Shown: one piece after another, positions 18,346 to 28,337 of the stretch
Position numbering within the stretch: position 1 is the first letter of the stretch
Layout: every line of letters begins with the position of its first letter
Virus record (IMG/VR): IMGVR_UViG_3300047375_000738
DNA from: a virus
Lineage: Duplodnaviria > Caudoviricetes
Reading direction: 5' to 3' (one strand)
DNA length: 64,000 nucleotides
Notes under the pieces: generated by a model
What the model saw: the letters and a program-made list of their open reading frames with translations, nothing else
Told to the model about the DNA's origin: nothing
Databases searched by the model: none
Program-made: the position numbers and the translations under genes

Positions 18346-19668
18346 ATGGTACTTAATAAATATTTAGTCATCTTTCTAAACAACACCGCAGAAATTAAAA
18401 ACAATAAAATTAAGACTTATTGTCAAAATTTATTGCAATACTGGGCTTTAGAAATCAGTGTTCAAGTAAAAGTCAAAGTCTTTACATACATGGAGTCAGC
18501 ATTAGATTTTGTTGAAAATTGGAGTGACCACAAGCATGTAGTAATTATTGATATTGGAAATGATTTAGAAGTAAATGGACAGTTTATTTCAAAACTAATA
18601 GAAAATATTAATGATGACGATGTGCTAGTAGGACATATATTAGATAAACAAGATAGATACTATGAATTACACAATCAATGTTTCTATTTTAATGCAGATG
18701 TTTGGAAAAGTATAGGATGCCCCGAATATGGTCATAAAGAAAAAAAATTGTTATGCAATGTGCCTTTGAGATCTAAACAGAATCATCATGACGATTACAC
18801 TCCTTATTGGATTGCTCCTGGCACACAAGAGAAGCTTTACACTGATTTAAAACAAGGATACAATTTTATTAAATCGTTTTTAGATGCAGGCTTTACTATT
18901 AAAAGTTTTAACAAAAGTATTCGAGATAGCAAGGCATATTCTTATCCATATGAAATTGACGATCAGTTTCAAAATATTATTGATTTTAATTTTATTAAAA
19001 AATATTATCTATATAACACAGAAAAACAAAGATTGGAACAAATTCCAAATAAAAAAATAAAAAGATTTGCAACAGTTTGTGCAGGACTCAATCATTTAAA
19101 AGTTTTAAAAGATAAAGGATTTGACAGCGATACAAAATTGCTGTTTTATGATTGGGATGAGTTTAGTGTAGAAATGATGAAAGCTATATATTATCAATGG
19201 AACGGAATAGATTACGAAAATTTTGTAAAAGACACTGCAACTAAATTAAAATACACTGGAACTATTGTTGAAGATTGTAATAGAGAAAAAGAGTTTTTTG
19301 ATTTTTTTGGAGGCGAAAAACAATTTCAATCATGGTTTGCTGAACTAAGAGAAACAGTAACTTTTGATTTCAAACACATAGACATTATGCAATACAATGA
19401 AAACACTTTTGAAAAATTCTTTAATGCAAAAGGATTTAAATTATTTTGGTTAAGTAATATTTTCCATTACAAGCCTACAAGTATAATATATAATTTAGAA
19501 CAAAGAGCAAAAATACAAGATAGAGTAATTACAGCATTACCCAAGGAAAAGAATATGTTTGTTTTTTCTGATAGTTGTATATTAGATCAGTCTAAGATTT
19601 TTTCAACACTAGATTACAAAGAGAAAATTATAAATGCAAAACAGACACAGGAAGAGATATTAGTATGA
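18346..19668 (+). CDS. Hypothetical two-domain protein; C-terminal half possibly SAM-binding Rossmann-like
   Basis: 440-aa ORF; VCAGLN, LLFYDW and FWLSNIFHY motifs are only suggestive. Confidence 0.45.
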   Translation: MVLNKYLVIFLNNTAEIKNNKIKTYCQNLLQYWALEISVQVKVKVFTYMESALDFVENWSDHKHVVIIDIGNDLEVNGQFISKLIENINDDDVLVGHILDKQDRYYELHNQCFYFNADVWKSIGCPEYGHKEKKLLCNVPLRSKQNHHDDYTPYWIAPGTQEKLYTDLKQGYNFIKSFLDAGFTIKSFNKSIRDSKAYSYPYEIDDQFQNIIDFNFIKKYYLYNTEKQRLEQIPNKKIKRFATVCAGLNHLKVLKDKGFDSDTKLLFYDWDEFSVEMMKAIYYQWNGIDYENFVKDTATKLKYTGTIVEDCNREKEFFDFFGGEKQFQSWFAELRETVTFDFKHIDIMQYNENTFEKFFNAKGFKLFWLSNIFHYKPTSIIYNLEQRAKIQDRVITALPKEKNMFVFSDSCILDQSKIFSTLDYKEKIINAKQTQEEILV

Positions 19669-20417
19669 AAGTAAACTTTGGAAATCACAACATAGATAAA
19701 ATTGATTTAAATTTTCACAAAACAAACTTTGAAAAAATATTAAAGTCTAAAAATGCAAAAATTACAGGTGCAAATGACCTTAATAGATTTTGTAAAATCG
19801 AACCGCATGAAGAAAATAAAAAATTAAAGAACTTTTTTAATGAGTGCTTTGATGTAAATTTAGATTGGGGATTAGAATATTTTCATAGTGGCGAGCCTGC
19901 AGGTTTGCATACTGATTATGACAGACAATATTATAATAAGGCTGACTGCTGGGAAGGCCGAAATGGAGAAATGACACATTACAATGAAATTGTATTAGGT
20001 GTTATAATACCCTTAGATTGGAATAGTAGACAACCTTATACTATAAATTATGACAAAATAGCTACTGAGCCTCGAAAGCTCATGTACCGACAAGGGGAAA
20101 TGCGTTATAAAGATACAAATGAAGTTGTTGATTATCGAGGATCGCCGAATTGGTGGGAATGGAAATATGATCAGGAAGTTTTAAAATACAATCCCATTGG
20201 AAGCGGATATGTTGGAGAGTATGCAAATTTAAAAGTTGATAGTGTTTATAAATGGGAATTAGGAACAATGATGTTGTTTGATCCAGCAAGGTGGCACAGT
20301 AGTAGTTGGTTCTTATCAACAAGAAAAATACCAGACAATTTTGAATCATCGGTAGAATATAAAAGAGCAATAATAGGGTTTGGTACTAAGAATGTTGAAA
20401 TAGGTACAAAGAAGTAA
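19665..20417 (+). CDS. Fe(II)/2OG oxygenase-like protein
   Basis: GLHTD...LFDPARWHSS...KRAIIGF. Confidence 0.6.
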   Translation: MKVNFGNHNIDKIDLNFHKTNFEKILKSKNAKITGANDLNRFCKIEPHEENKKLKNFFNECFDVNLDWGLEYFHSGEPAGLHTDYDRQYYNKADCWEGRNGEMTHYNEIVLGVIIPLDWNSRQPYTINYDKIATEPRKLMYRQGEMRYKDTNEVVDYRGSPNWWEWKYDQEVLKYNPIGSGYVGEYANLKVDSVYKWELGTMMLFDPARWHSSSWFLSTRKIPDNFESSVEYKRAIIGFGTKNVEIGTKK

Positions 20418-20427
20418 GAAAAGTAGA

Positions 20428-20448
20428 TCTGGCCCAAATTGAGCCAGA
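20428..20448. terminator. Possible bidirectional terminator hairpin between convergent genes
   Basis: TCTGGC...GCCAGA stem, A-rich upstream and T-rich downstream. Confidence 0.35.
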
Positions 20449-20474
20449 AATATGTTTTTATGTTAACAACTAAT

Positions 20475-21110
20475 TTATCTGTGGTAATGTACTGTAATAG
20501 GTTCTTTGACAAAACTGTGCAGCATTCTACCAGTTTTATGATGTACTTTACGATCCAAACTGTCGTCTTTAATGCCAACGCCGATCATTAGTTCGATACT
20601 GTTATTTGAACCAATGATTTCCTGTATAGGTTCATTAATAAAACATGCACAATAACCAGTTCTGTAATCTAGTTGACTTGCAATTATATTTACATAACCA
20701 GCTGCAATTCCAATCGCCATATGTTGATCTCGAATCCAATTTTTTTCTAATTCACCATCGTGATTTTTCCACTTTTCTATGTACTTGGGTGATCTAACTG
20801 TATCAGTAAAAATAAATAAACTATGTGCAAGAACTTGACTATTTGTAGTAAATTCTGCATTGCCAGTTTCTTCATTTGTGATACCTAAACCATTGGTGTT
20901 CTTGTGAATTTCTTCAATACTATTTCTATTTGTAATTACATGTAAATCATAAAATTTAAAGTTTTGTTTACTTGGGCAATTAGTTGCAGCATGAACAAGA
21001 AGATCTATATCACCCTGGTGCATTTCTTGACTTAGGTCCCAATTTCTTTGAACATGCTGGCTGCGAATAACAGCTTTTTTGATATTTGTACTAGCGTCAT
21101 CTAAAAACAT
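20475..21110 (-). CDS. Nitroreductase-family flavoprotein
   Basis: IRSQHVQRNW...CPSKQN FMN-binding pattern; AIGIAAG...TGYCAC...IGVG. Upstream ATAAATA at 21135-21141 (minus) and SD AGGAG. Confidence 0.8.
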   Translation of the reverse strand: MFLDDASTNIKKAVIRSQHVQRNWDLSQEMHQGDIDLLVHAATNCPSKQNFKFYDLHVITNRNSIEEIHKNTNGLGITNEETGNAEFTTNSQVLAHSLFIFTDTVRSPKYIEKWKNHDGELEKNWIRDQHMAIGIAAGYVNIIASQLDYRTGYCACFINEPIQEIIGSNNSIELMIGVGIKDDSLDRKVHHKTGRMLHSFVKEPITVHYHR

Positions 21111-21211
21111 CTGGTTCTCCTGATATGTTAATAGTATTTATGGGTAATAAGTAAAGTAAAAGAGATTTTTATCAAGAAGTTGCTTATACCAATATTCAAC
21201 ACTTAAATATA

Positions 21212-21240
21212 TTGACAGAACACAAAACGGATGCTATAAT
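21212..21240 (+). promoter_or_regulatory. Consensus sigma70 promoter, leaderless
   Basis: TTGACA (21212-21217), 17 nt, TATAAT (21235-21240); ATG at 21246. Confidence 0.85.
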
Positions 21241-21245
21241 ATAAT

Positions 21246-22358
21246 ATGACAGAAGATTTAAAATGGTCAAATTATGACTTTACAAAAATACCCTTTGACG
21301 ACATTGTTAGTGTTGGTCAGCGTACCCTGTTGTATCGTGATATATTTACTGTTAGTTGGCTCCTTGGAAGGTTCTGTAATTACAAATGCTCCTACTGCTG
21401 GCCTTATGCCCGCAGCGACCGTAAGGATCACCGTCCTACCGAACTATGCACACGGACCATAGATGAAATAAAGAGGCAAGCACGTGAAAACGGATTTAAT
21501 AGTTATCATTTTAGTCTTAGTGGCGGTGAGCCTACTTTCCATCCTGGCTACTTGGACATTCTACAGCATCTGGCTGATGACGTAGACAATACTAACTATA
21601 CCAGCGTACACATGACTAGTAACTGTAGTCGTAACATGCGTTGGTTTGAGCAGTATGTAGAAGCAGTAAAGCCGTTCCACCGTGCAAGCATTACAGCAAG
21701 TTTGCACACAGAGCACTTAAATACAAAGGAGAAGATGCAGGAGTTCGCAGACAAATTAATCCTGTGTCAAGAACACGATGTACAAGTTACAATTAATATG
21801 GTTATGGTTCCAGACTGGTTTGAACGAGATTGGGAAAATGCCCTGTTCTTCCACGAGCAAGGAATCAACGTCACACTCAAGCCGCAATCAGACCCTACTG
21901 CTAGTAGGGTGGTTGATGGATACAAACCGGAGGACCTAAAACGTTTACACAACGGCATGCCACAACGTGCGTACACAGAAAGCAAACGCAAGTGGGAAGG
22001 TCGTCCTAAACCAACATTTGAAATACCTACAGGTGTTGATGGAAAGCTGGACACTACTATACCGTGGCACATGCAAATTGAAATGAAAGATGCTAACGGC
22101 AAAAACTGGTATATGGATCAAGCAGAACGTTTTAATGCATTTAACTTCAACAACTTTAAAGGTTGGAGTTGTAATGCAGGATATCAGGGTATTATTATTA
22201 GAGAACCTGATGGCAGTGTTAAACGCAGTTATAGTTGTCACGATGTACCACTTGGGAATATTGAAACAGGATTTAAACTGTTTGATAAAGCTATGCCTTG
22301 TATAACAGGTAGTTGTGTCAGCAGTGCTGATAGCAAAATTCCTAAAAGGAAGTTATAA
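21246..22358 (+). CDS. Radical SAM protein with C-terminal twitch domain
   Basis: CNYKCSYC; SGGEPT; C-terminal CNAG...YSC...CITGSC. Confidence 0.9.
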   Translation: MTEDLKWSNYDFTKIPFDDIVSVGQRTLLYRDIFTVSWLLGRFCNYKCSYCWPYARSDRKDHRPTELCTRTIDEIKRQARENGFNSYHFSLSGGEPTFHPGYLDILQHLADDVDNTNYTSVHMTSNCSRNMRWFEQYVEAVKPFHRASITASLHTEHLNTKEKMQEFADKLILCQEHDVQVTINMVMVPDWFERDWENALFFHEQGINVTLKPQSDPTASRVVDGYKPEDLKRLHNGMPQRAYTESKRKWEGRPKPTFEIPTGVDGKLDTTIPWHMQIEMKDANGKNWYMDQAERFNAFNFNNFKGWSCNAGYQGIIIREPDGSVKRSYSCHDVPLGNIETGFKLFDKAMPCITGSCVSSADSKIPKRKL

Positions 22359-23782
22359 TGGCAAACTTTATTATCTTTGCAGGAATGCAGGAACCAGAAC
22401 ATTATGCTGTACGTTCCGGCGGACAATATCAACTTGCCTCGTGGTTACGTTCTTTTGGGTATACTGTAAAAGTAATAGACTTTTGTTTTAAGATTAGCCC
22501 TAACATTTTAGAAGAAATAGCTAACAAACATGTTGACGAGAATACACTTGCATTTGGAGTAAGTACTACTTTTTGGAATATTGACGTAGTTGTACATGAT
22601 GGAGTAAAAATCGGCGGCATTTGTTGTCCTAAATGGGTAACACATTTAAAAGAAAAGTTTCAACAAACACATCCTAATATAAAATGGGCACTTGGAGGAT
22701 CAAACTCGTATTCTAGTGTAATAGACGATAACGACTGGATTCGTATACATCAGTTTGCAGAAGATGAAACACTTGCAATGTTAGATACCTTATCAAACAA
22801 AATAGAAGTGCGTCCACTATTTAATATACAAAATTTTACACGAAAGTATCACAATGATGATGCTATTCAGCCCTATGAAACATTAAGTATTGAAATAAGC
22901 AGAGGGTGTATATTTAAATGTAAGTTTTGTCAGTTTCCTTTAATCGGTCGAAAAAAAGGAACTAATATAAGGCGTGAAGAAGATATTCGTACAGAGTTAT
23001 TACAAAACTATCAGCAGTTTGGTACTACCAAATATTATTTTAGCGATGATACATTTAATGAAAGTTTGGATAAAGTACAAATGATTCATCGTATTAGTAA
23101 GTCTTTGCCATTTGAGTTAGAATATGTTGCTTATTTAAGAATAGACTTATTAGCAGCTAATCCTGAAATGATAACTTTACTTCCTGAATCTGGATTGCGC
23201 AGTGCTTTTTTTGGCATTGAAACTTTTCAAACACAGGGTGCAAAAGCAATAGGAAAAGGATGGAACGGACAAAACGCAAAAGCCTTTTTGTTAGAACTAA
23301 AAAAAGAATGGAAAGATAAAACAAACTGGTGGATGGGAATGATTGTAGGTTTACCAGGGTGGAATAAAGAACAAGAAGAAATAGATTTACAATGGATGAT
23401 AGATAATGATATGAGTTGCTGGTGGCATTGGGCATTATACATTAATCCTATTAATGTCGAAGACGGCTCTCCGTTTGTAAGCGAGTTTGAAAAAAACTAT
23501 GAAAAGTATGGATACCAGTTCACAGATGATAATCTTGTTAACTGGGTAAATGGTGATTTAGTACATACTGAGTTAGTTCAAGTAGCACTTGATTTAAACG
23601 ACAAGTCTTTTCAGTACAAAAAAGTTGCTGGATTTCGAATAGGAGAATTTAGTACGTCTTTACAATGCTCAATGGCAGATCTTGTAAATGTATACGAGAT
23701 AGACGTATCCTACGATTTGTTATTGAATAATACAAAACAGTTTGTAAATAAATATATCGAATGCCAGTTGCAGGAAACCTAA
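22358..23782 (+). CDS. Cobalamin-binding-type radical SAM protein
   Basis: N-terminal Rossmann-like domain (GYTVKVIDF...ALGG); EISRGCIFKCKFC; FSDDTFN; FGIET. Confidence 0.85.
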   Translation: MANFIIFAGMQEPEHYAVRSGGQYQLASWLRSFGYTVKVIDFCFKISPNILEEIANKHVDENTLAFGVSTTFWNIDVVVHDGVKIGGICCPKWVTHLKEKFQQTHPNIKWALGGSNSYSSVIDDNDWIRIHQFAEDETLAMLDTLSNKIEVRPLFNIQNFTRKYHNDDAIQPYETLSIEISRGCIFKCKFCQFPLIGRKKGTNIRREEDIRTELLQNYQQFGTTKYYFSDDTFNESLDKVQMIHRISKSLPFELEYVAYLRIDLLAANPEMITLLPESGLRSAFFGIETFQTQGAKAIGKGWNGQNAKAFLLELKKEWKDKTNWWMGMIVGLPGWNKEQEEIDLQWMIDNDMSCWWHWALYINPINVEDGSPFVSEFEKNYEKYGYQFTDDNLVNWVNGDLVHTELVQVALDLNDKSFQYKKVAGFRIGEFSTSLQCSMADLVNVYEIDVSYDLLLNNTKQFVNKYIECQLQET

Positions 23783-23783
23783 A

Positions 23784-24509
23784 ATGTATTATTCTAAAGA
23801 ACTAATGAAGGCTCAAAACAAAACAATGTTTCCTTCTGAGTTGTTTGAAAACTTTTTTAGTACCAGCGAGTTTGACAAAATAAAAACTATAGCAGCCGAG
23901 CTTGAAGAAAACGATCCTGTTGTACATTCAGGACAACAGTATACTAAGTTTAACTATTATGAAAGTACGCTTGATAGTCTACTTAGCGACCGCATAAAAG
24001 ATATAATAGGACCTCACAATGTATATCTATCAGTAGTTTCAAACACACTTGGTAATCCTGTTCCAACGCATACTGATCATAACTTAGCTGATGTTAGAGA
24101 AAATGCGTTACCCTATGCAACACTGTGTATTCCTTTAGATGTTGTAAGTGAGGATAGTAATTGGGGAACAGCATCTACTATAACATTTGACCAATATTAT
24201 TTTCCTGATCAAGACTGGGAACAACGCCGTCATATTTTTACAGGTTTCTTAAAACCTAACACAATAAAAAACTCACAAGGATTTATAAAAGAAACTACTA
24301 TTACACAGGAATATTATAATCGGTATTTAAATCAACATGAAGATTACAGTTTTTTTGAAGGAATGAGTATTGAAAAAATAATAGAATGGAAGAAAAATAG
24401 TCTTATGCTATGGCATCAATGTAGATTTCATTGTAGCGATTCATATAAAAGTTCGGGTACTAAAAACAAGAAAAGTATAATACTATGGACCACAAAGGAA
24501 AGTCAGTGA
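23784..24509 (+). CDS. Fe(II)/2OG oxygenase-like protein
   Basis: PTHTD...WHQCRFHCS...KSIILW. Confidence 0.6.
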   Translation: MYYSKELMKAQNKTMFPSELFENFFSTSEFDKIKTIAAELEENDPVVHSGQQYTKFNYYESTLDSLLSDRIKDIIGPHNVYLSVVSNTLGNPVPTHTDHNLADVRENALPYATLCIPLDVVSEDSNWGTASTITFDQYYFPDQDWEQRRHIFTGFLKPNTIKNSQGFIKETTITQEYYNRYLNQHEDYSFFEGMSIEKIIEWKKNSLMLWHQCRFHCSDSYKSSGTKNKKSIILWTTKESQ

Positions 24510-25078
24510 ACTTTATTGAACTCAGCAACCTTCCTGTATACGATTTGTATACAGAATTTTTAAGACTTCTTGATGAAAAAAAAATATGGTGGCATCATGA
24601 TGTAAACGATCAGATTTGTTTAAACGCAACCAAAGCTGATCCGTCAAACTGTTTAACAGGCAGAGGAAGTTTGTTTTTAGATTGGGATAGCTGTTACACA
24701 AACGAACACGGCAAACTAATAGTACCTCCTAGAAAAGTTCCTTTAAAGGAAGATAGCTTTGAGGTACTTTGTACAGGGTTTAAAGATTCATTATTTGAAG
24801 ATGTGTATAATAGTGTAACTAAAAAATATAAAGTAGGCAGAATTCGCATAATGAATTCTAGGCCTAAAACTTGTTTAACTTGGCACAATGATGATACTCC
24901 TAGATTACATTATCCAATAAAAACACAAGACGGGTGTTTTATGGTTATTGAAAACAAAAGTAAGCATCTAAAACAAAATCAGTGGTACTGGACAAACACA
25001 GTTGTTCCTCATACTGCATTTAACGGTAGTACAGATGAAAGACTTCATTTGGTAGTTACAATATTGGGTGATAAATGA
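24506..25078 (+). CDS. Aspartyl/asparaginyl beta-hydroxylase-like Fe/2OG oxygenase
   Basis: GRIRIMNSRP...WHND...RLHYPI...PHTAFN...RLHLVV. Probable GTG start at 24506 (GTGA overlap). Confidence 0.78.
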   Translation: MNFIELSNLPVYDLYTEFLRLLDEKKIWWHHDVNDQICLNATKADPSNCLTGRGSLFLDWDSCYTNEHGKLIVPPRKVPLKEDSFEVLCTGFKDSLFEDVYNSVTKKYKVGRIRIMNSRPKTCLTWHNDDTPRLHYPIKTQDGCFMVIENKSKHLKQNQWYWTNTVVPHTAFNGSTDERLHLVVTILGDK

Positions 25079-25569
25079 AATACGCAATAACAGGACATAC
25101 ATCTGGTATAGGAAAAGCTATATCTGAATCAGTCACAAACTTTATTGGATTTAGTAAAAGCACAGGATATAATATCAATGAACACATTGATAGAAAACAT
25201 ATTATTAAACAATGCAATGATGTTGATATTTTTATAAACAATGCACATGATGGGTTTGGGCAAACTTATATGTTGTTAGATCTGTTCCATGCGTTTAAAG
25301 ATACTAATAAAACAATAATCAATGTTGGTAGTGTAATAGCAGAAGACGAAACAATATTAAAAAACTATGAACATTTGTTAGAATATCAAATACAGAAAAA
25401 ATCATTGCGTGTTTTACACAACGATTTGATTAAGTTAGATACAACTTTGAATTTAAAATATACTCAGTTTGGGTATGTAGGAACTGAACGCATATTACAA
25501 AAGTATCCCAACATGGCTACTACAGAATATATTACAGTAGACAACGCAGTTGACATAATACTGTCATAA
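25075..25569 (+). CDS. Minimal short-chain dehydrogenase/reductase
   Basis: ITGHTSGIG, FINNA, INVGS, YxxxK (YQIQK). Confidence 0.75.
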   Translation: MKYAITGHTSGIGKAISESVTNFIGFSKSTGYNINEHIDRKHIIKQCNDVDIFINNAHDGFGQTYMLLDLFHAFKDTNKTIINVGSVIAEDETILKNYEHLLEYQIQKKSLRVLHNDLIKLDTTLNLKYTQFGYVGTERILQKYPNMATTEYITVDNAVDIILS

Positions 25570-25591
25570 ATACATTGAGGAGAATTTATTG

Positions 25592-26242
25592 ATGAACCAT
25601 ACAGAAGTAAAAAAAGCAATTATTAGAAGTCAGCATTGTCAACGCAACTGGGATTTACAAAAACAGATTCCGCAGGATGACATTGATTTAATAGTCCATA
25701 GTGTAACAAACTGTCCTAGCAAACAGAATATTTCCTTTTATAAAGTTCATGTAATTACCAATAGACAAGTTATTGAAAATATTCATGACACTACTTCAGG
25801 TTTTTTAAATTACGAAACAGGAAAGAATGAAACCAACAGTCAAGTACTAGCAAACTTAGTATTAGCATTTGAAGTTGAAGATTATATGAGTAGACATACT
25901 ACTGATACAGTACATCGAAATGACGAAATGTGGGCACATGATGATGGTAAACTAACGGCTGCTCAAAAGGAAAATTTAGAAAAAGATGCACACATGGCAA
26001 TTGGTATTGCAGCAGGATATGCAAATCTTATTTCTAGTATGCTACACTACGGAACAGGGTGTTGTGCATGTTTTGACGCAACAGAAGTTGCAACTATAGT
26101 TGGTGCTAAAAATCCAATCAAACTGTTAATGGGGATTGGCTTCAAAAATAAATCAAGACCACGCAGAGAGCATCATAGCAAACCTGAATTTGTTTTTCCA
26201 ACCAAATCTAAGCAAGAGATACAAGTAAATCATATAAAATAA
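25592..26242 (+). CDS. Nitroreductase-family flavoprotein (paralogue of 20475-21110)
   Basis: IRSQHCQRNW...CPSKQN; AIGIAAG...TGCCAC. SD GAGGAG and ATAAATA (25566-25572) upstream; start at ATG 25592. Confidence 0.8.
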   Translation: MNHTEVKKAIIRSQHCQRNWDLQKQIPQDDIDLIVHSVTNCPSKQNISFYKVHVITNRQVIENIHDTTSGFLNYETGKNETNSQVLANLVLAFEVEDYMSRHTTDTVHRNDEMWAHDDGKLTAAQKENLEKDAHMAIGIAAGYANLISSMLHYGTGCCACFDATEVATIVGAKNPIKLLMGIGFKNKSRPRREHHSKPEFVFPTKSKQEIQVNHIK

Positions 26243-26245
26243 TAT

Positions 26246-26908
26246 ATGACAGTTAAAATGTATAAATCTGTGTTGTCTGCCCACGTAGTAGATAACCTTC
26301 TCGATTTCTTTAATAATAATACACATCTACACTATGACACAATGGGAATGACTAAAATTGGACAGCCCTGGAGTCATATACAACACATACTTGAACCTAT
26401 TTTAAAAAAATATATACCTGTTGACAAAAACTTAGGTGATAATTTTTATAAGCACGACTTTCCTTACTTTACACATATAGATAGCGGAAACAATAAAAAT
26501 AGTTACAATATTTTAATCCCACTTTATGTAAGTGATAATGCAGAACAAAAGTTTGTTGTGTTTGATCAGCATTGTACTGATTACAGTGGTGCAACATGGT
26601 TAGGTGATATATGGAAACCTGAACAAGATTTTAACCTTAATAAAAAACGTGACTTTCCATACAAAGACCCAACAGTAATTGGCTGTACCGATCAGCCTAT
26701 TTCTGACGATATGTATGAAATATTAAAATATGATTATCGCAATGAAGAACAGTTTTACGGTTTAACTGGTACTGCATATGATTATAAGCCAGGCAACATA
26801 CTTGTATTTCCTAGCAATCAGTTACACTGCACAGGTCGTATGGATTGTGATTATAAAATAGGGCTAAGTTTGCGGTTTGAAATACTTGACAAAACTGTAT
26901 TTCTGTAA
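26246..26908 (+). CDS. Fe(II)/2OG oxygenase-like protein
   Basis: FTHID...VFPSNQLHCT...KIGLSLRF; similar layout to 23784-24509. Confidence 0.62.
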   Translation: MTVKMYKSVLSAHVVDNLLDFFNNNTHLHYDTMGMTKIGQPWSHIQHILEPILKKYIPVDKNLGDNFYKHDFPYFTHIDSGNNKNSYNILIPLYVSDNAEQKFVVFDQHCTDYSGATWLGDIWKPEQDFNLNKKRDFPYKDPTVIGCTDQPISDDMYEILKYDYRNEEQFYGLTGTAYDYKPGNILVFPSNQLHCTGRMDCDYKIGLSLRFEILDKTVFL

Positions 26909-26914
26909 TATAAT
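26886..26914 (+). promoter_or_regulatory. Consensus sigma70 promoter, leaderless
   Basis: TTGACA (26886-26891), 17 nt, TATAAT (26909-26914); ATG at 26921. Confidence 0.85.
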
Positions 26915-26920
26915 AAAGAT

Positions 26921-27901
26921 ATGAAACCACAAGATAAACAATCAATTCTTTTGAGTTTGGCTCAGTTTATTGAAGATAATCAAGAATATATTCTACAACT
27001 AGAACCTACTGCTCTTATTAATATCAGTGTTGATATTTGTAGATATTATGCTGGTGCAGCTCGAAACCTAATAGCCGTGCCTGAATATGAATACTTTAAG
27101 ACATGCACTAGTAGTATGAGATGGGAATCAAAAGGACACTGTTTAGGTGTTGTTCCTTGGAACTATCCATTGGTTATAGCATTATGGAAAATAGCGCCGG
27201 CACTAGCAGCTGGATGCACTATTGATATTAAACTAAATGATGGTAATGTAGGTGCCTTGCCTTGGATATTAGATAACTGGAAAAACAAATACAATAGTGT
27301 AAAAATAGTCAACAATATAAATTTACAAGAGTATGACTTTGTTGATATAACAGGCAGCAAGAAAACAGCAGATTATTTTAAATCAAACCACCATGATGTA
27401 AACGCAGATGTAGGCGGAGCAAGTATAGCAGTTGTTAACGATGGTAATTCGGCATTTATATTAGAAAATCTTGAATGGAGTGTTAAGTACAATCTTGGAG
27501 CAGATTGCACAGCACCTAAACATATTTTTGTTGTTGAAAAACTACTTGATACTGTAACAAAAATTGACGGTGTTACCTTAGGAGAGTGCAATGATATTGA
27601 TCACTTTTCTCCTACAGCAACAGTAAGCACATATACAAATATCAAAGATCTTGTAAAACAAATAAACCAACTTCCTAATAGATTAGGATTGCATTTATAC
27701 ACCAAAGATTTAGCAACCAAACGTTATGTAGTTGAACATGCACGTTGGGGAACTATCTTTGTAAACAAACCATTAACTGTGCCAGTTGAAATGCCACACA
27801 GTGGAATGGCTTCTAGCGGCAATACATTCAATCAAAGTTTTTTTAAAATATATCAATATCTTGTACCCAAACATATTGTTGTAGGAGATCAGATTGATTG
27901 A
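26921..27901 (+). CDS. Compact aldehyde dehydrogenase (aminobutyraldehyde dehydrogenase PatD-like motifs)
   Basis: VVPWNYPL, WKIAPALAAG, ITGS, GADCTA (catalytic Cys), EMPHSG; ELGG is replaced by DVGG; only 326 aa. Confidence 0.8.
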   Translation: MKPQDKQSILLSLAQFIEDNQEYILQLEPTALINISVDICRYYAGAARNLIAVPEYEYFKTCTSSMRWESKGHCLGVVPWNYPLVIALWKIAPALAAGCTIDIKLNDGNVGALPWILDNWKNKYNSVKIVNNINLQEYDFVDITGSKKTADYFKSNHHDVNADVGGASIAVVNDGNSAFILENLEWSVKYNLGADCTAPKHIFVVEKLLDTVTKIDGVTLGECNDIDHFSPTATVSTYTNIKDLVKQINQLPNRLGLHLYTKDLATKRYVVEHARWGTIFVNKPLTVPVEMPHSGMASSGNTFNQSFFKIYQYLVPKHIVVGDQID

Positions 27902-28337
27902 ATACATTACATTTTTAGACATACAAGAAATTTGGAAAAAACATCTCTGGCCTAACAGAAAAGAAATATTGCCAATGAGTAATATGAGATATGAGGATAT
28001 ACCTTATACTAGTATAAGTAAAAAATATACTCCGACTTTTTTTGCTTATATTGTCGATGGCGAAATAGCAGGAGTTAATAGCGGACATTGCAGTAGTAGA
28101 TTTCACTATAGGAGTAGAGGGTTGTTTGTATTTCCTCAATATAGAAAAAAAGGAATTGGCACAAAGTTGTTGAAACATGCTTGTTATCTTGGACGCAACG
28201 CAGAAATGGTTTACTGTTGGAGCCTGCCAAGGAAAGTTGCATTAGAAACTTATTTAAATGCTGGTTTTGAACAAACAAGCAAGTTTTTTGAAACTGAAAC
28301 TAGCGAACAGAACTGTTATGTGATTAAACCAACATGA
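27894..28337 (+). CDS. GNAT acetyltransferase
   Basis: LFVFPQYRKKGIGTKLL motif A; YLNAGF motif B; TTG start with GGAG SD. Confidence 0.85.
   Translation: MIEYITFLDIQEIWKKHLWPNRKEILPMSNMRYEDIPYTSISKKYTPTFFAYIVDGEIAGVNSGHCSSRFHYRSRGLFVFPQYRKKGIGTKLLKHACYLGRNAEMVYCWSLPRKVALETYLNAGFEQTSKFFETETSEQNCYVIKPT

Noticed and set aside
21156-21245. Stop-free 29-codon frame upstream of the radical SAM at 21246
   Set aside because: No start codon or SD, and it overlaps the promoter.
20475-26242. Nitroreductases as BluB (B12 lower-ligand synthesis) serving the B12-type radical SAMs
   Set aside because: Attractive by context, but I do not see BluB-specific motifs; left as generic nitroreductases.
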